DNA of 64,000 nt from an uncultured Chloroflexia bacterium (GTDB taxonomy: Bacteria; Chloroflexota; Chloroflexia; Thermomicrobiales; UBA6265): contig CAVRUC010000002.1 in NCBI GenBank assembly GCA_963724295.1, forward strand, positions 96,001 to 160,000, read 5' to 3'. The notes beneath the pieces are model-generated. The model saw nothing but the letters and a program-made list of their open reading frames with translations, had not been told where the DNA came from and ran no database searches. Below are positions 1-10,882 of the stretch, in pieces (position 1 is the first letter of the stretch; each line of letters starts with the position of its first letter). The position numbers and the translations under genes are program-made.

Positions 1-256
1 CGGCAAGATCACCGGAATCAACAATGGCGTCGAGGGAACGTGGCTCGTCGAGCTGGACGACGATGGTGTCCCGAAGCCGGAGTTCGCCTTGGTTCCGCCC
101 GAGTCGATGCCGGACGTCGTTCCCGTCTGGGCGATTCATCTGAAGGAAAGTCCGGACCCCGAGCGGGCCTTCAGCCGCGATGAGGTCCGCAGGATCGCCC
201 TCATGAAGATGCGGCGCAGCATGGACCGGGTGAAGGGGCGCGACGCGGGAAGCTAG
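1..256 (+). CDS. 3' end of a hypothetical protein (partial)
   Basis: Open frame from the window edge (GKITGINNGVEGTWLVELD...RDAGS) ending TAG at 254-256; GC-rich codon usage. Confidence 0.5.
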   Translation, partial: GKITGINNGVEGTWLVELDDDGVPKPEFALVPPESMPDVVPVWAIHLKESPDPERAFSRDEVRRIALMKMRRSMDRVKGRDAGS

Positions 257-549
257 CGGCTGCGAGCAGAGCCAACCGTGATCGCGAATCTGATCAGCCG
301 TCGATCCGCCGTCCCGAACACGTTTCCGCCTATGGCCCTTGGTGGTCACTCGCCGGCCGATCCGTGGAGCCCGGCGAGCAGACACGAGAAAGAACCGGAA
401 GAGAAAACCCACCCGACAGAACCCCGATGCAAGGTCATAGCCGGGACCGGCATACTTACCGGATACCGCCGGGAGAGAGATCCCGGCGTCGTCGGTTGTG
501 GGCGTGTGGGGGCTTTGCGGGCGTGGCGGGCAGTGCGATAAGCGAGAGG

Positions 550-1419
550 GTGGCAACGCTGCCTGCGGCATCCGGGCCCGATGGCATCGTCACCGCCGGG
601 CCGGTGATGGCCATCGGCGGCGCGGAGGACAAGCTCCGCGACAAGCTCATCCTCTCCGCATTCGTCAACCACGCCGGTGGACCGGACGCCCGGGTCGCCA
701 TCATCCCCACCGCCTCGTCCATCGAAGAAGCAGGTGAGCGCTACAAAGCGCTCTTTCTCGGCATGGGCGCCGAGAGCGCGGATGTGCTCTATCTTCCCGA
801 CCGCGCCGCGGCCGCCTCACCCGAGGTCGCCGAGATCCTGGACGATGTGACCGGCATCTTCCTCACCGGCGGCAACCAGATGCGCCTGGCCAGTATCGTG
901 GCCGGGACCCCGTTGGCGCGGAAGGTCAAGCAGCGGAACCGGCAGGGAGCCGTGGTCGCCGGCACCAGCGCCGGTGCTTCGATCCTCTCCTCGCACATGG
1001 TCGCGTTCGGTGCCAGCGGCCCCTCACCGCGCATGCGCATGGCGCAGATGACGGCCGGGTTCGATCTCGTCCCGGGCGTGGTCATCGACCAGCATTTCCG
1101 CCAGCGGGATCGCATCGGTCGCCTCCTGGCCCTCGTGGCGGGAAGTCCGGGATTGCTCGGCATCGGCGTCGACGAGGACACGGCGGCTCTCTTCACCGGT
1201 CACACCATGGAAGTGCTCGGCCGTCACAGCGTGACGATCGTCGACGGCACGAACATCGTCTCGGACATTCACCGCGTCAAGGGGCACGGCCCGATCACCG
1301 TCAGCGGCGCGATCCTGCACGTCCTCAGTGCCGGCAACCGCTTCGACATGATCGAGCGCTGCATGCTGCCGAACGAGTCATGGACCCGTGTTGTCGAGAA
1401 GCCGCGGCGGAAACGATAA
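550..1419 (+). CDS. cphB: Cyanophycinase
   Basis: IGGAED, TGGNQ, GTSAG nucleophile, DQHF and GVDEDT motifs; upstream of cphA; GTG at 550 after GAGAGG chosen as start. Confidence 0.92.
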   Translation: MATLPAASGPDGIVTAGPVMAIGGAEDKLRDKLILSAFVNHAGGPDARVAIIPTASSIEEAGERYKALFLGMGAESADVLYLPDRAAAASPEVAEILDDVTGIFLTGGNQMRLASIVAGTPLARKVKQRNRQGAVVAGTSAGASILSSHMVAFGASGPSPRMRMAQMTAGFDLVPGVVIDQHFRQRDRIGRLLALVAGSPGLLGIGVDEDTAALFTGHTMEVLGRHSVTIVDGTNIVSDIHRVKGHGPITVSGAILHVLSAGNRFDMIERCMLPNESWTRVVEKPRRKR

Positions 1420-1661
1420 GTCCAGAGTAGCGGCGACACCTGCAGTTGCGCCGCCCTTTTCAGTTGTCACTCGCTGCAAAGGCCCAATCTGGTCGTAGAT
1501 CTACCACAGCTTCGATGGGCACCTCGCGACGTCGTAAAGACTCTCATCCGCTCATGCATCGGTCCATAGCCGTTTCCACCCCGACCGGGGTATCCTTCCT
1601 CTTGTGGGGATTCCCCAGGCAGGGGGCTTGGGAATCACTCGATCCCACTGGAGGACCACCG

Positions 1662-1922
1662 ATGGATCGTGCCGTGAAGATCGACGCGCAGGGCCGGATT
1701 GCGATTCCGGCTGCGATGCGCGCGAGTCTTGGTCTGCAGACAGGAGACACGCTTTTCGCCCATCTGGATGAGGAGACCGGCGGGGTGCGACTCGCCAAGG
1801 CCATTAACCCGTTTGACCTGCTCTTTGAGCACGCGATGCAGGAGTATCGCGCTGGACGGACGACCAGCCTGCGCGACTTCCTGACCGGGGAGATCGACGA
1901 ACCCGATGGAGACGGCGAATAG
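1662..1922 (+). CDS. AbrB/MazE/SpoVT-family DNA-binding antitoxin
   Basis: VKIDAQGRIAIPAAMRASLGLQTGD swapped-hairpin motif; GGAGG RBS; overlaps the toxin gene. Confidence 0.8.
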   Translation: MDRAVKIDAQGRIAIPAAMRASLGLQTGDTLFAHLDEETGGVRLAKAINPFDLLFEHAMQEYRAGRTTSLRDFLTGEIDEPDGDGE

Positions 1923-2232
1923 GCGGTACCGGGTCGAGTTGACTGACGGTGCCAAGAAGGATCTCAAGAAGCTTCGCCAGCACCGTGAGCAGATCGGGGA
2001 CGCGCTGGGCCGATTGGAGGAGAATCCTCTGGCAGGACACACCCTCCAGGGCACGCTCTACCGCCTTCGCTCCCTGGAGTTCACCGTCAGAGGCAGCGGT
2101 GCCTTTCGGGCCGTCTATGGCGTACTCGAAACGGACGCCGTCTGCCTCGTCATTATTGTTGGCCCACACGAAAACATCTACGACAAGGCGGAGCGCCGGG
2201 TCGAAGGCTTACGTGCCGCCGGCGTCCTCTGA
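1906..2232 (+). CDS. RelE/ParE-family type II toxin
   Basis: 108 aa; YRVELTDGAKKDLKKL...FRAVY...IIVGPHENIY pattern. Confidence 0.8.
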   Translation: METANRRYRVELTDGAKKDLKKLRQHREQIGDALGRLEENPLAGHTLQGTLYRLRSLEFTVRGSGAFRAVYGVLETDAVCLVIIVGPHENIYDKAERRVEGLRAAGVL

Positions 2233-2382
2233 GCGCAAGGCTATCGCCCGCACCGCGTGATCGCCGCGGTTCTGGATACCACCAGGAGCGTTTTCCCTCA
2301 CGCCTTTCCACCACGCATAATAGGCTCGCAACTTGCTTCACTGTGCCGATGAGCCGCCGGTTGTGTGCACCGGAGTAATGCC

Positions 2383-5020
2383 GTGACGATCGAGATCCGA
2401 CATACCACCGTCTTCCGCGGACCCAACATCTGGGCCCGCATGCCGGCCATCCTCATGGAAGTCGATATCGGCGAGCTGGAGGAGCGGCCAACCAACAAGA
2501 TTCCCGGATTCTACGAGCACCTCACCGAGCTGCTCCCCGGTCTCTACGAGCACAGCTGCTCGGTCGGCAAACCGGGTGGGTTCCTGCAGCGCATGCGCGA
2601 GGGAACCTGGATGGGACACGTCCTCGAGCACGTGGCGCTGGAGCTGCAGAACCTGGCCGGGGCCGAGGTCACCCGCGGCAAGACGCGCGGCGCGGGCGAG
2701 CGCGGGGTCTACCACGTCGTCTACGCCTATGCCCAGGAAGACGTCGGCATCGCCGCCGGCAGGCTGGCCACACGTCTGCTCAACCACATCATCTATCGAC
2801 AGTACCGAGCCGGACTTCGACTTTGTTGGCGAGTTGGAAGAAAACGTCATCCGGCTGGCGGAACGACTCGCCTTCGGCCCCTCTACCGGCGCCATCGTCT
2901 CCGAGGCGGAGCGGCGCGGCATCCCTGTCCTGCGCCTGGACCCACGACGCTCCTTCGTCCAGCTCGGCCACGGCGCCTACCAGAAGCGGGTCTGGGCTAC
3001 CGTCACCAGCGCCACGGCGGACATCTCGGTCGACGTCGCCGGCAACAAGGAGCTGACCAATCGGCTGCTGCACGAGATCGGAATCCCCGTGCCGCGCGCC
3101 GACGTCGTCCGCTCCGCCGCCGAAGCCGCGGAGGTGGCGCGCCGCATCGGCTACCCGGTGGTGCTCAAACCGCTCGACGGCAACCACGGCCGCGGCGTGA
3201 TGATCAACCTTCCCGATGAAGCCGCCGTGCACGAGGCCTTCCCCGCCGCGGACCGCGAGAGCCGCTCCGGCCACGTCGTCGTTGAAACGTTCATCTCCGG
3301 CAAGGACTATCGCATCCTGGTCGTCAACAATCAGGTGGTCGCCGTCGCCGAGCGGGTGCCGGCGCACGTCATCGGCGACGGCACGCACACCGTTGCCGAG
3401 CTGGTGGAGATCACCAATGCCGATCCTCGGCGCGGCATCGGACATGAGAAGATCCTGACTCGCATCACCGTCGACGCGCAGACCAAAGAGGTGCTGGCGA
3501 AGCAAGGTCTTGCTCTGGACGATGTGCCGGAGGAGGGTCGTTTCGTTCAGCTCAAGCTGACCGGCAACATGAGCACCGGCGGCACCTCCATCGACCGCAC
3601 TGACGACATCCACCCCGACAACGTCGAAATCGCTCGTCAAGCGGCGATGGTCGTCGGGCTCGACGTAGCCGGCATCGACTTCATCACCGCCGACATCGCC
3701 CGCTCCGTGCGTGAGCAGCGCGGGGGGATCGTGGAAGTCAACGCCGGTCCGGGCTTCCGCATGCACACCCACCCCACCGAGGGACACCCTCGCCACGTGG
3801 GGCGGGCGGTGATCGACATGCTCTTCCCACCCGGCAGCCCATCCCGCGTGCCGATCGTGGCCGTCACCGGCACCAACGGGAAGACGACGACCTCACGCAT
3901 GATCGCCCACATCATGAAGACGGCCGGCAAGAAGGTCGGCATGACGACCACCGACGGGATTTATGTCGATGCAACGCAGATCGCCTCCGGCGACATGAGC
4001 GGTCCCGCCTCGGCGCAGATGGTGCTGAAGAACCCGGCCATCGACTATGCGGTGCTGGAGACGGCACGCGGGGGCATCCTCCGCTCCGGTCTCGGTTTCG
4101 ACCGCTGCGACGTCGCGGTTGTGACCAACGTCTCCTCAGACCATCTCGGTCTGAAGGGCATCAACACCGTCGCCGAGCTGGCCCGGGTGAAACAGGTCGT
4201 GCCCCAATCGGTCTTGCCCAACGGCGCCAGCGTCCTCAACGCGGACAACTCCTACACCGTCGAGATGGCGCGGGTCGCCCGCGGCGAGATCATCTTCTTC
4301 TCGATGGACGAGGAGAACCCTGTCGTCCGCGACCACCTGCGCGAGCGGGGCAAGGCCGTCGTGCTGCGCCCGACGCGGCACGGCGAGATGATCACCCTGA
4401 TCGAGCACCGGCGCGACACCAGCCTGCTCCTGGCCGAAGAGATCCCGGCCACCATGGACGGGCGCGTCCGCGTCAACATCCAGAACGCCATGGCGGCGGC
4501 CGCGGCGGCCTTCGCCCAGGATGTGCAGCTGGAGTACATCCGCAACGCCCTGCGTACCTTCACCTCGACCTTCTTCCAGAGCCCCGGTCGCTTCAACCTG
4601 CTCGAGATCGAGGGCCGCAAGGTCCTTCTCGACTACTGCCACAACGTGGCCGGGCTGGAGTCGATGGCCGACTTCGTCAAGCGCATGGACGCCGACCGCA
4701 CGATCGCCATGATCGCGCTGCCGGGCGATCGCAGCGACGAAGACATCGCGGCCTTTGGTCGCCTGGCGGCGGGCACCTTCGACGAGATCGTCATCCGCGA
4801 GGACTACAACCCCCGTGGTCGCCGCCGCGGCGAGGTCGCCGATCTGCTCAAGAGCGCGATCGCGGCCAGCGGACGCAGCGACGGCAAGGTCGACGTCGTC
4901 ATCGACGAGATCGAGGCGGCCCGGGAGGCGATCTCCCGGGCCGCCCGCAACGACCTCGTGATCCTGATGGCCGACCGCCCGGCATTAGTGTTCGAGCACC
5001 TCACGGGACGGACGAGTTAG
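2383..5020 (+). CDS. cphA: Cyanophycin synthetase CphA1 (one frameshift near 2800)
   Basis: N domain (RGPNIW, Cx19HxxEH) in one frame; ATP-grasp (KPLDGNHGRG, GNMSTGG, EVNAGPGFRMH) and Mur domain (VTGTNGKTT, LETARGG, DYCHN) in the next. Confidence 0.95.
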
Positions 5021-5034
5021 GGGCGAGAGGGAGA

Positions 5035-5515
5035 CGCTTCGCTTAGGGGGGCGGGAGGCGCGACCGTGGATGATGGACGGGAAGAAATCGTGCTGCACGA
5101 CGGGGTGGAGTGACGCAGATCAGCGGCAGCGGGTTCAGGACCTGATCGCTTGGCAGAAAGCGATGGAGCTGGTGAGGCGGTCTATCGCGTAACGCGCGAC
5201 TGGCCCCGCGAGGAGCTGTATGGATTGACCTCGCAGGTACGCGAGCCGCCGTGTCGGTCCCATCGAACCTTGCGAGGGTCATGGCCGCACTGGTCCACGC
5301 GAATTGCCCATCATGTATCTGTCGCCTACGGATCGCTTTGCGAGCTTGAGACGCAAGTGCTCATTGCAGAGCACTTGGCTACTCCGACCACGTGACTACT
5401 GGATCGCTGACGCGAAGATTCTGAAGTTCGCGCCTGATCGGAGGACTTCTCCGCAGTCTACGGACCTGAACGTCCACCGACGCATTGCAATGAGCTCTCC
5501 CCCCTAAGCGAAGCG
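5035..5515. mobile_element. Inverted-repeat-bounded cassette carrying a four-helix-bundle gene
   Basis: Perfect 17-bp IR: cgcttcgcttagggggg (5035-5051) and cccccctaagcgaagcg (5499-5515), extended by purine/pyrimidine-rich arms. Confidence 0.5.
5110..5470 (+). CDS. Four-helix-bundle protein (23S IVS protein/Avd-like), multiple frameshifts; end approximate
   Basis: Frames join to QDLIAWQKAMEL..AVYRVTRDWPREELYGLTSQVR.AAVSVPSNL.EGHGR...SVAYGSLCELETQVLIA. Confidence 0.8.
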
Positions 5516-6732
5516 CCCCCCTCCTCCCCCCTCGATCCCCGAGAGCTGATCGCGACCGCCCCACGGACACCGGAGCTCCGTGAGTACGAGGAGCCGCCGC
5601 TAGGGACCGACGCAGATCCGGATCAAGACCGAGTTTGCCTCGCCCAAGCACGGCACCGAGCTGGTCGGCTACCGCAACGATCCCGTCGCCAACCGGCCCT
5701 ATGACTTCGCCTGGGGCGCCAATATTTCACGAGGGGGGGAAGGGGGAGAGGGGGGAGAAGGAGAACGAGGGATGCAATCGTCGGTCTCCTCCCCCCCCTT
5801 AGCGAAGCGATCCCCCCTTCCCCGCCTTCCCCCCGCCGGGCTTCCCCCGTCCGCTCGGCAACATGGCGGTGGGCACGGTCACTGAGGTAGGTCCCGAGGT
5901 AACGCGCTTTGCGGTTGGCGATCGCGTCTTTGGTCACTTCTCCATCCGCGAAACGCAAACCGTCGACGAGTCCAGCGCCGATCCACTTCCTGACGGTCTC
6001 TCTCCGGAAGCGGCGATGTGTCTCGACCCGCTGGTGATGGCGCTGGCGATGCGTGACGCCGGGATCAAGCTCGGCGACCGCGTGGCGATCTTCGGACTCG
6101 GTGCGATTGGGCTTTTCGCGGTGCAACTGGCGAAGGCGGCGGGCGCCGACTGGGTCGTGGCCATCGATCCCCTCGAGAACCGCCGCCTGCTGGCGACCCG
6201 GTTCGGCGCCGACGCGGCGATCGATCCGCTGGCCGGTGACGGCGACGTGGGCATGGAGATCCGGCGTCTCACAGGTCCCACGCCAGATCCGACCCCGCGG
6301 GCGCAGACGCGCATCACCGGCGGCTACCTGGAGCGTCCGACGCAGACCGGCAACCTCGGCGTCGACGTCGCGGTCGAGACCTCAGGCAGCGTGCCGGCTC
6401 TGCATCAGGCCATTCGCGCCACGCGCTTTGGCGGCACCATCTGCATGATCTCCTTCTACGGGAAGGACGCCACCGGGCTCTATCTGGGCGACGAGTTCCA
6501 CGTCAACCGGCTCAACCTCGTCTCCGCCCGCGCCGAGACCCTGCCCGGCCGGGACGCGCCCGTCTGGGATCTCGAGCGGTTGGTCGATCTGGCCCTCGCC
6601 TGGCTCGTCAGCGGACGCATGCGCACCGAGGGCATCATCACCCCCATCGTCGATTTCGCCGATAGCGCCGAAGCCTACCGGGCCATCGACGAGCGCCCGC
6701 AGGAGTCGATCAAGCTGGGGATCCGGTTCTAA
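5490..6732 (+). CDS. Zinc-binding (MDR) alcohol dehydrogenase family; 5' part frameshifted and carrying a repeat insertion
   Basis: PRELIATAP..SPKHGTE N-terminal motif, GTVTEVG..FAVGDRV, GLGAIG Rossmann motif, DVAVETSG. Confidence 0.8.
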
Positions 6733-6734
6733 CG

Positions 6735-6825
6735 GGGCTATCGGCTAGTCAGCCTATCTAACGAGTCACGATGGCCCTCTGGGCCACGACTCACGACTTA
6801 CCGACTTACCGACTCGTCGTCATGC
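6735..6825. repeat. 7/8-nt tandem repeat array between convergent genes
   Basis: ggctatcggcta... and gactcacgacttaccgacttaccgactc. Confidence 0.7.
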
Positions 6826-6829
6826 CACG

Positions 6830-7330
6830 CTAGGCAGTTCCCCTGGTGGCGTCTGCTGGCTGTCCCGAGAGCGAGCTCGGCGAGTTGAGATTCGCCCCGC
6901 GATCGACACCGACGCCGAGCCGATCGACCAGCTCACCACCCAGCCAGCCGGTCACCACGGCTCCGAGCACCCCGATCACTTCCAGCACCAGCAGCAGCCC
7001 GGACGGCGCGCCGGGGGTATCGCGACGCAGCCACCAGGCGATGGCGAACAGCACCACGATGATGACATTGCCCAGGCCGTGGGTGGTAGCGATCCCCTTG
7101 GCACGGGTCCCGTCCGGAATCGCCGCCCAGTCGATGGCGCCGAAGATGGCGGCCAGCAGCCCGGTGATGATGCCGGCGGCGATCATCGGGTGCGACGCCT
7201 GCCCCAGCAGCTCCTGCCCGGCAAACACCGCCAGCAGATCGAAGATGACCGCCATCCCAAGCAGCCCGAGCGGGAACGGGATCAGCATCGGGTGGATCGG
7301 ATGTCCAAACAGCTTCGCTTTGCTCTCCAT
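6830..7330 (-). CDS. DUF2231-type membrane protein
   Basis: GHPIHPMLIPFP, HGLGN, TGWLGGELV motifs; four hydrophobic segments. Confidence 0.8.
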   Translation of the reverse strand: MESKAKLFGHPIHPMLIPFPLGLLGMAVIFDLLAVFAGQELLGQASHPMIAAGIITGLLAAIFGAIDWAAIPDGTRAKGIATTHGLGNVIIVVLFAIAWWLRRDTPGAPSGLLLVLEVIGVLGAVVTGWLGGELVDRLGVGVDRGANLNSPSSLSGQPADATRGTA

Positions 7331-7430
7331 GGACTTGCCTCCTCCTTCGTTATCGACTCCTCAATGCCTGTCTCGCTGGCGGGTACCCTGGCTGCCGGTT
7401 GCCGGCAGGTCAGGGTTCGCTCATGCTGCG

Positions 7431-8267
7431 TCATGTGACAGCTCCTCGCTCTGCACGTGTCGCCACGGCATCGACCTGGGACTCGGCCCGCGCCCACTGG
7501 CTGCCCAGGGCTGGCAGCAGCCAGCGATCGAGGCCCCAGTGCCCCGCGACTTTCCAGGCGAGCACGAGGAAGACGGCCAGCCCGAAGAGGACCGGGTTGG
7601 TTGAGGCGGAGCCAGCGAGCATGTAGTTGAAGTTCATGAAGGTGCCCAGGAAGGCCGAGAGGCCGACCAGGGCGCCGACCAGCAGTCCGAGACCGACCAG
7701 CACTTCACCCCAGGCGACCAGCTTGGCAAACCAGGAGTACCACCCGTTGTCGAGCATGTACTGCAGGAAATCGCGGAACCAGGCATAGGCGATTGGCGGC
7801 CGGCCCTGCTCGGGCACCACGATGGCCTGCTCCCAGAACCCGCGTAGCGCCTCTCCGCCATTCATCCAGGCTGGATCGATCACCTTCTCTGCCCCATGCG
7901 AAATCCAGTCACGACCGAGGAAGAAACGCATCGGGAGCCAGATGAGCGCGTAGAAGATGCTGCCCATCAGGAGGCGCCACCCTACCGGGTCATTGATCAG
8001 ACCCACGGTCGTGGGGATGCGCTCGAGGCGAAATTCCAGCCCGCGCTCGGGAATGCCTCGCGCCTGGGACCACCCGCACAGGATGATGATGGCGATCAAG
8101 AGATACGTCATGAGGGGCGAGGAGATCCAGTTCTCCCCGTTCCACAGCGGTGGAGCGAGGAGCCCGTCATCGAAGATCCAGCAGAGGAGGATGAACAGGA
8201 CCACGCTGATCGCGGTCAGCGCCCAGGTGCGCTCACGGGTCATGGAGGATGTCGCGGTGCGGTTCAT
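7431..8267 (-). CDS. DoxX/DoxD-like membrane protein
   Basis: R..LG..W..G.EK, WGEVLVGLGLLVG, NFNYMLAGSASTNP, GLDRW. Confidence 0.8.
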   Translation of the reverse strand: MNRTATSSMTRERTWALTAISVVLFILLCWIFDDGLLAPPLWNGENWISSPLMTYLLIAIIILCGWSQARGIPERGLEFRLERIPTTVGLINDPVGWRLLMGSIFYALIWLPMRFFLGRDWISHGAEKVIDPAWMNGGEALRGFWEQAIVVPEQGRPPIAYAWFRDFLQYMLDNGWYSWFAKLVAWGEVLVGLGLLVGALVGLSAFLGTFMNFNYMLAGSASTNPVLFGLAVFLVLAWKVAGHWGLDRWLLPALGSQWARAESQVDAVATRAERGAVT

Positions 8268-8903
8268 TGCTGCCTCCTAGCCGTAGAGGCTGGATAACCG
8301 TGATTGATAGCGGAGTCACGGGTCCGGACGAAGGTCAACTCAATATGGCACTGTCCCGGCCGGAAGGAACACGCCCGTCGGCGGTGCGCTTGAGCAGCGC
8401 AGAGGGTGTTTCCGGGTAGCGCCACCGCACCCAGGACGCCACGCATCGTCGCGACGGAACAGCCTATCCGCTGCGCGGCCGGTTCGGCCGCTGCCAATAC
8501 CGGCGCACGATCGGGTCCAGTCTCAGCGCCGGCCAGATAGCTCTCCGGTGTCGAAGACAGACGCAACTGCCCGCCGTCTGGTCCAGAGACGTTGACCGGC
8601 TCATCCTCAAGTCGGCCGCGATACCAGTTGCCCGAGAACCAAACGTCCGTCCTCACCGCCATGCCGCAGGTGAAGGCGGGGAAGGCGTCACTGGCCGCAA
8701 CCACTAATCCGAAGGCGTCTTCGCCGTTGGCCAACAAGCCGACAACGTGGTCGCTCCCCGGCTTGCCAACCCGGAAGGCTGGCCCTTCCCGCATGCTGAG
8801 GAGCGGCTCAGGAGTGGCGGCCAGAAGCGGAGAAGCTTGGGGTGCCGAACGTCCGGCACCCCCTGGCGGCACGGTCACGAACGCCAGCTGGTGGCAGCGA
8901 ATC

Positions 8904-9748
8904 TCATCCTGCCGTGACCGTCAGTTCCAGGCGCATCCCTTCATCCGCGTGGTTTCCGACCGGGCAGTAGACCTCGTAGGTGCCAGGCGCCAGGTCCACT
9001 GTCAACGTGCCTGATGCGCCCGGGCGTCAGGTTCTCTGGCAACTCCTCCTCGATCCCTTGGCCTTCGACTTCGAAGTTGTGCTCGATCGTGCCGTTATTG
9101 GTGATCTCAAATGTCGTCGGACCGGCAGGCAGCTCGGTCGGCATGTCGATCATGAACTCGGTCAACGACACCGCTACGTTCTCACCGCTGGCGCTGGCTA
9201 CGGGCGTCGCTTCCGCCGCCGCGCCAGCGGCGCTGCTCATCTCCTCGGGCTCGATCAGCGACACGCTCACGTTCGTGCCACCTTCCCCATCGTCACCGAG
9301 CCAGGCGATCCCGACATGACCGGAGTCGTTGAGCTCGGCGAGCGCGATGGTGATCTCCATCCCCTCGCCGTTTTCTCGTTCATGCACGATGCCGCCGATG
9401 TTGCCACAGGCGATGTAGGTGCCGATCTCCTCGGCGCTGAGGTGGACGTTGATGGCGTGGCCGCCGTCGAGGATCTCCTGCAGGGGAACATCGACGTGGT
9501 TGACCTCGCTGACCTTGACCGGCATGACCGCCGGCCGCACCCATGTCCTCGCCGGTCTGGGTCACAACATCCGCCAGCGGATAGACGACGTCGCCGAGCT
9601 CATCGCAGGTGCCGGAATGGATGTGGGCGGGATGGGCTTCGATTGCATCGTCCTGAGCGGCAATAGCCGGGACCAGAAGTAGCAGGCTCAACGCGAGGAG
9701 CAATGCGATGTGGACCGATCGACCAAGGAAATACCGCAAAGCGTTCAT
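8904..9748 (-). CDS. Exported CHRD-like (HPAHIH) plus cupredoxin protein; frameshifts near 9540 and 9020
   Basis: Signal peptide, HPAHIHSGTC...YIACG, then HNF...YCPVGNHADEGM type-1 copper ligands when frames are joined. Confidence 0.75.
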
Positions 9749-9922
9749 CGACATCTCCTTCCTTTTGCGTGACGACCAATCCCACGAGGTGCGGGGTTGC
9801 CTCGGCTGATGCGCACCCCGTTCCGAGGATACTCTCGATGCGCGTGGTGCAAGACTGGGCTGGCGGTCCCATGAGATTCCGCTCCCACCAGATCCAGCGC
9901 GAACCGCGCCGCCCACGTCGTA

Positions 9923-10789
9923 TTAGGTCGAGGCGAGGTCACCGTTGACGCCGTTAGGGAAGAAGCCGCCACTGCTCACACCCGTCTCCGGTGTGAGGTA
10001 GACGATCTGCAGAACCTGCTCGGGCGTTCGCGTAAACGCGATGCCCCGCTCATCTGACGGAACGAAGTTGGCCCGCCCATCAATGGCAATGCCCTGTTCG
10101 ATCTCTGGCATGTCGTTCAGCACGCCCCGAGCGACCGTGATCGCGTTGGCGGCTTGCTGCGCGGTCGGACCCGCCTGATAGAGGAGCGAGCGGGCCATCC
10201 CCATGTGGTAGGCCTCGACGGCGAGGATCCCCGCGATGTCCCCTTGCTTGGTCTTGTCCTGGATGAGCGGCGTGGCTCCCTTGTAGCCCGTGACGCCGAC
10301 ATCCTCGAAGAGCATCCCACCGAGGATAAAGTTGAGCTCGTCGGTGAAGGGATTGAAGTTGTCGCCGAATCCGGCTGCCTGGCCGACGGCAGCGAAAGCG
10401 CCCGCCAGGTCGATCGCCGGGCGGTCGACCGCCTGATCTCCCAGGCTCTCGCGGTAGTACCGGACGTGGGCCAACTCGTTGGCGGCCAACTCCTCGGCAA
10501 ACTGGCGGATGGCGTCGGTGGCGAAGGGCACCAAGGAGCCACCAGTGACCTCGCCCGGATCCGCGCCGATGTCCTCCTCGCTGAGACCCGCGCCGGTGGT
10601 GCCGCGCAGGTAGTACTCCGTCTCGAGGTACTCGAGATTGAGGGCGAAGTTGAAGATCGCGTCGTCGTCGATCTCCTGAGCGGCCACCGGCGTGATACGG
10701 CCGGCGGTCGCCAGCGCCGCACCGGCACCGACGGCCGCTATCCCTTTAAGCGTGCGGCGGCGATCGATCAGCTGAGTCTTGCTGTCCAT
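9923..10789 (-). CDS. Tat-exported ferritin-like (Ferritin_2, desiccation-related) protein
   Basis: RRRTLK Tat-like signal; FALNLEYLE, ELAHV, FEDVGVTGYKG, ILAVEAYH. Confidence 0.85.
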   Translation of the reverse strand: MDSKTQLIDRRRTLKGIAAVGAGAALATAGRITPVAAQEIDDDAIFNFALNLEYLETEYYLRGTTGAGLSEEDIGADPGEVTGGSLVPFATDAIRQFAEELAANELAHVRYYRESLGDQAVDRPAIDLAGAFAAVGQAAGFGDNFNPFTDELNFILGGMLFEDVGVTGYKGATPLIQDKTKQGDIAGILAVEAYHMGMARSLLYQAGPTAQQAANAITVARGVLNDMPEIEQGIAIDGRANFVPSDERGIAFTRTPEQVLQIVYLTPETGVSSGGFFPNGVNGDLAST

Positions 10790-10882
10790 TGCGTTTCTCC
10801 GTTATGCTGAGACAAACGTGTGTTGTCATCCATCTCTCACATCGCAAGTGTGGAAACCATCTCCGCGTGCATGTCGGTATCG

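Noticed and set aside
257..549. Riboswitch upstream of cphB
   Set aside because: Two GC hairpins are present but no recognisable aptamer motif; not distinguishable from background.
5110..5470. Diversity-generating retroelement or rRNA intervening sequence
   Set aside because: No reverse transcriptase, TR/VR pair or rRNA gene in the window.
8264..8878. 204-aa ORF between the cupredoxin and DoxX genes
   Set aside because: No recognisable motif or RBS; it may be a decayed gene but I cannot support a call.
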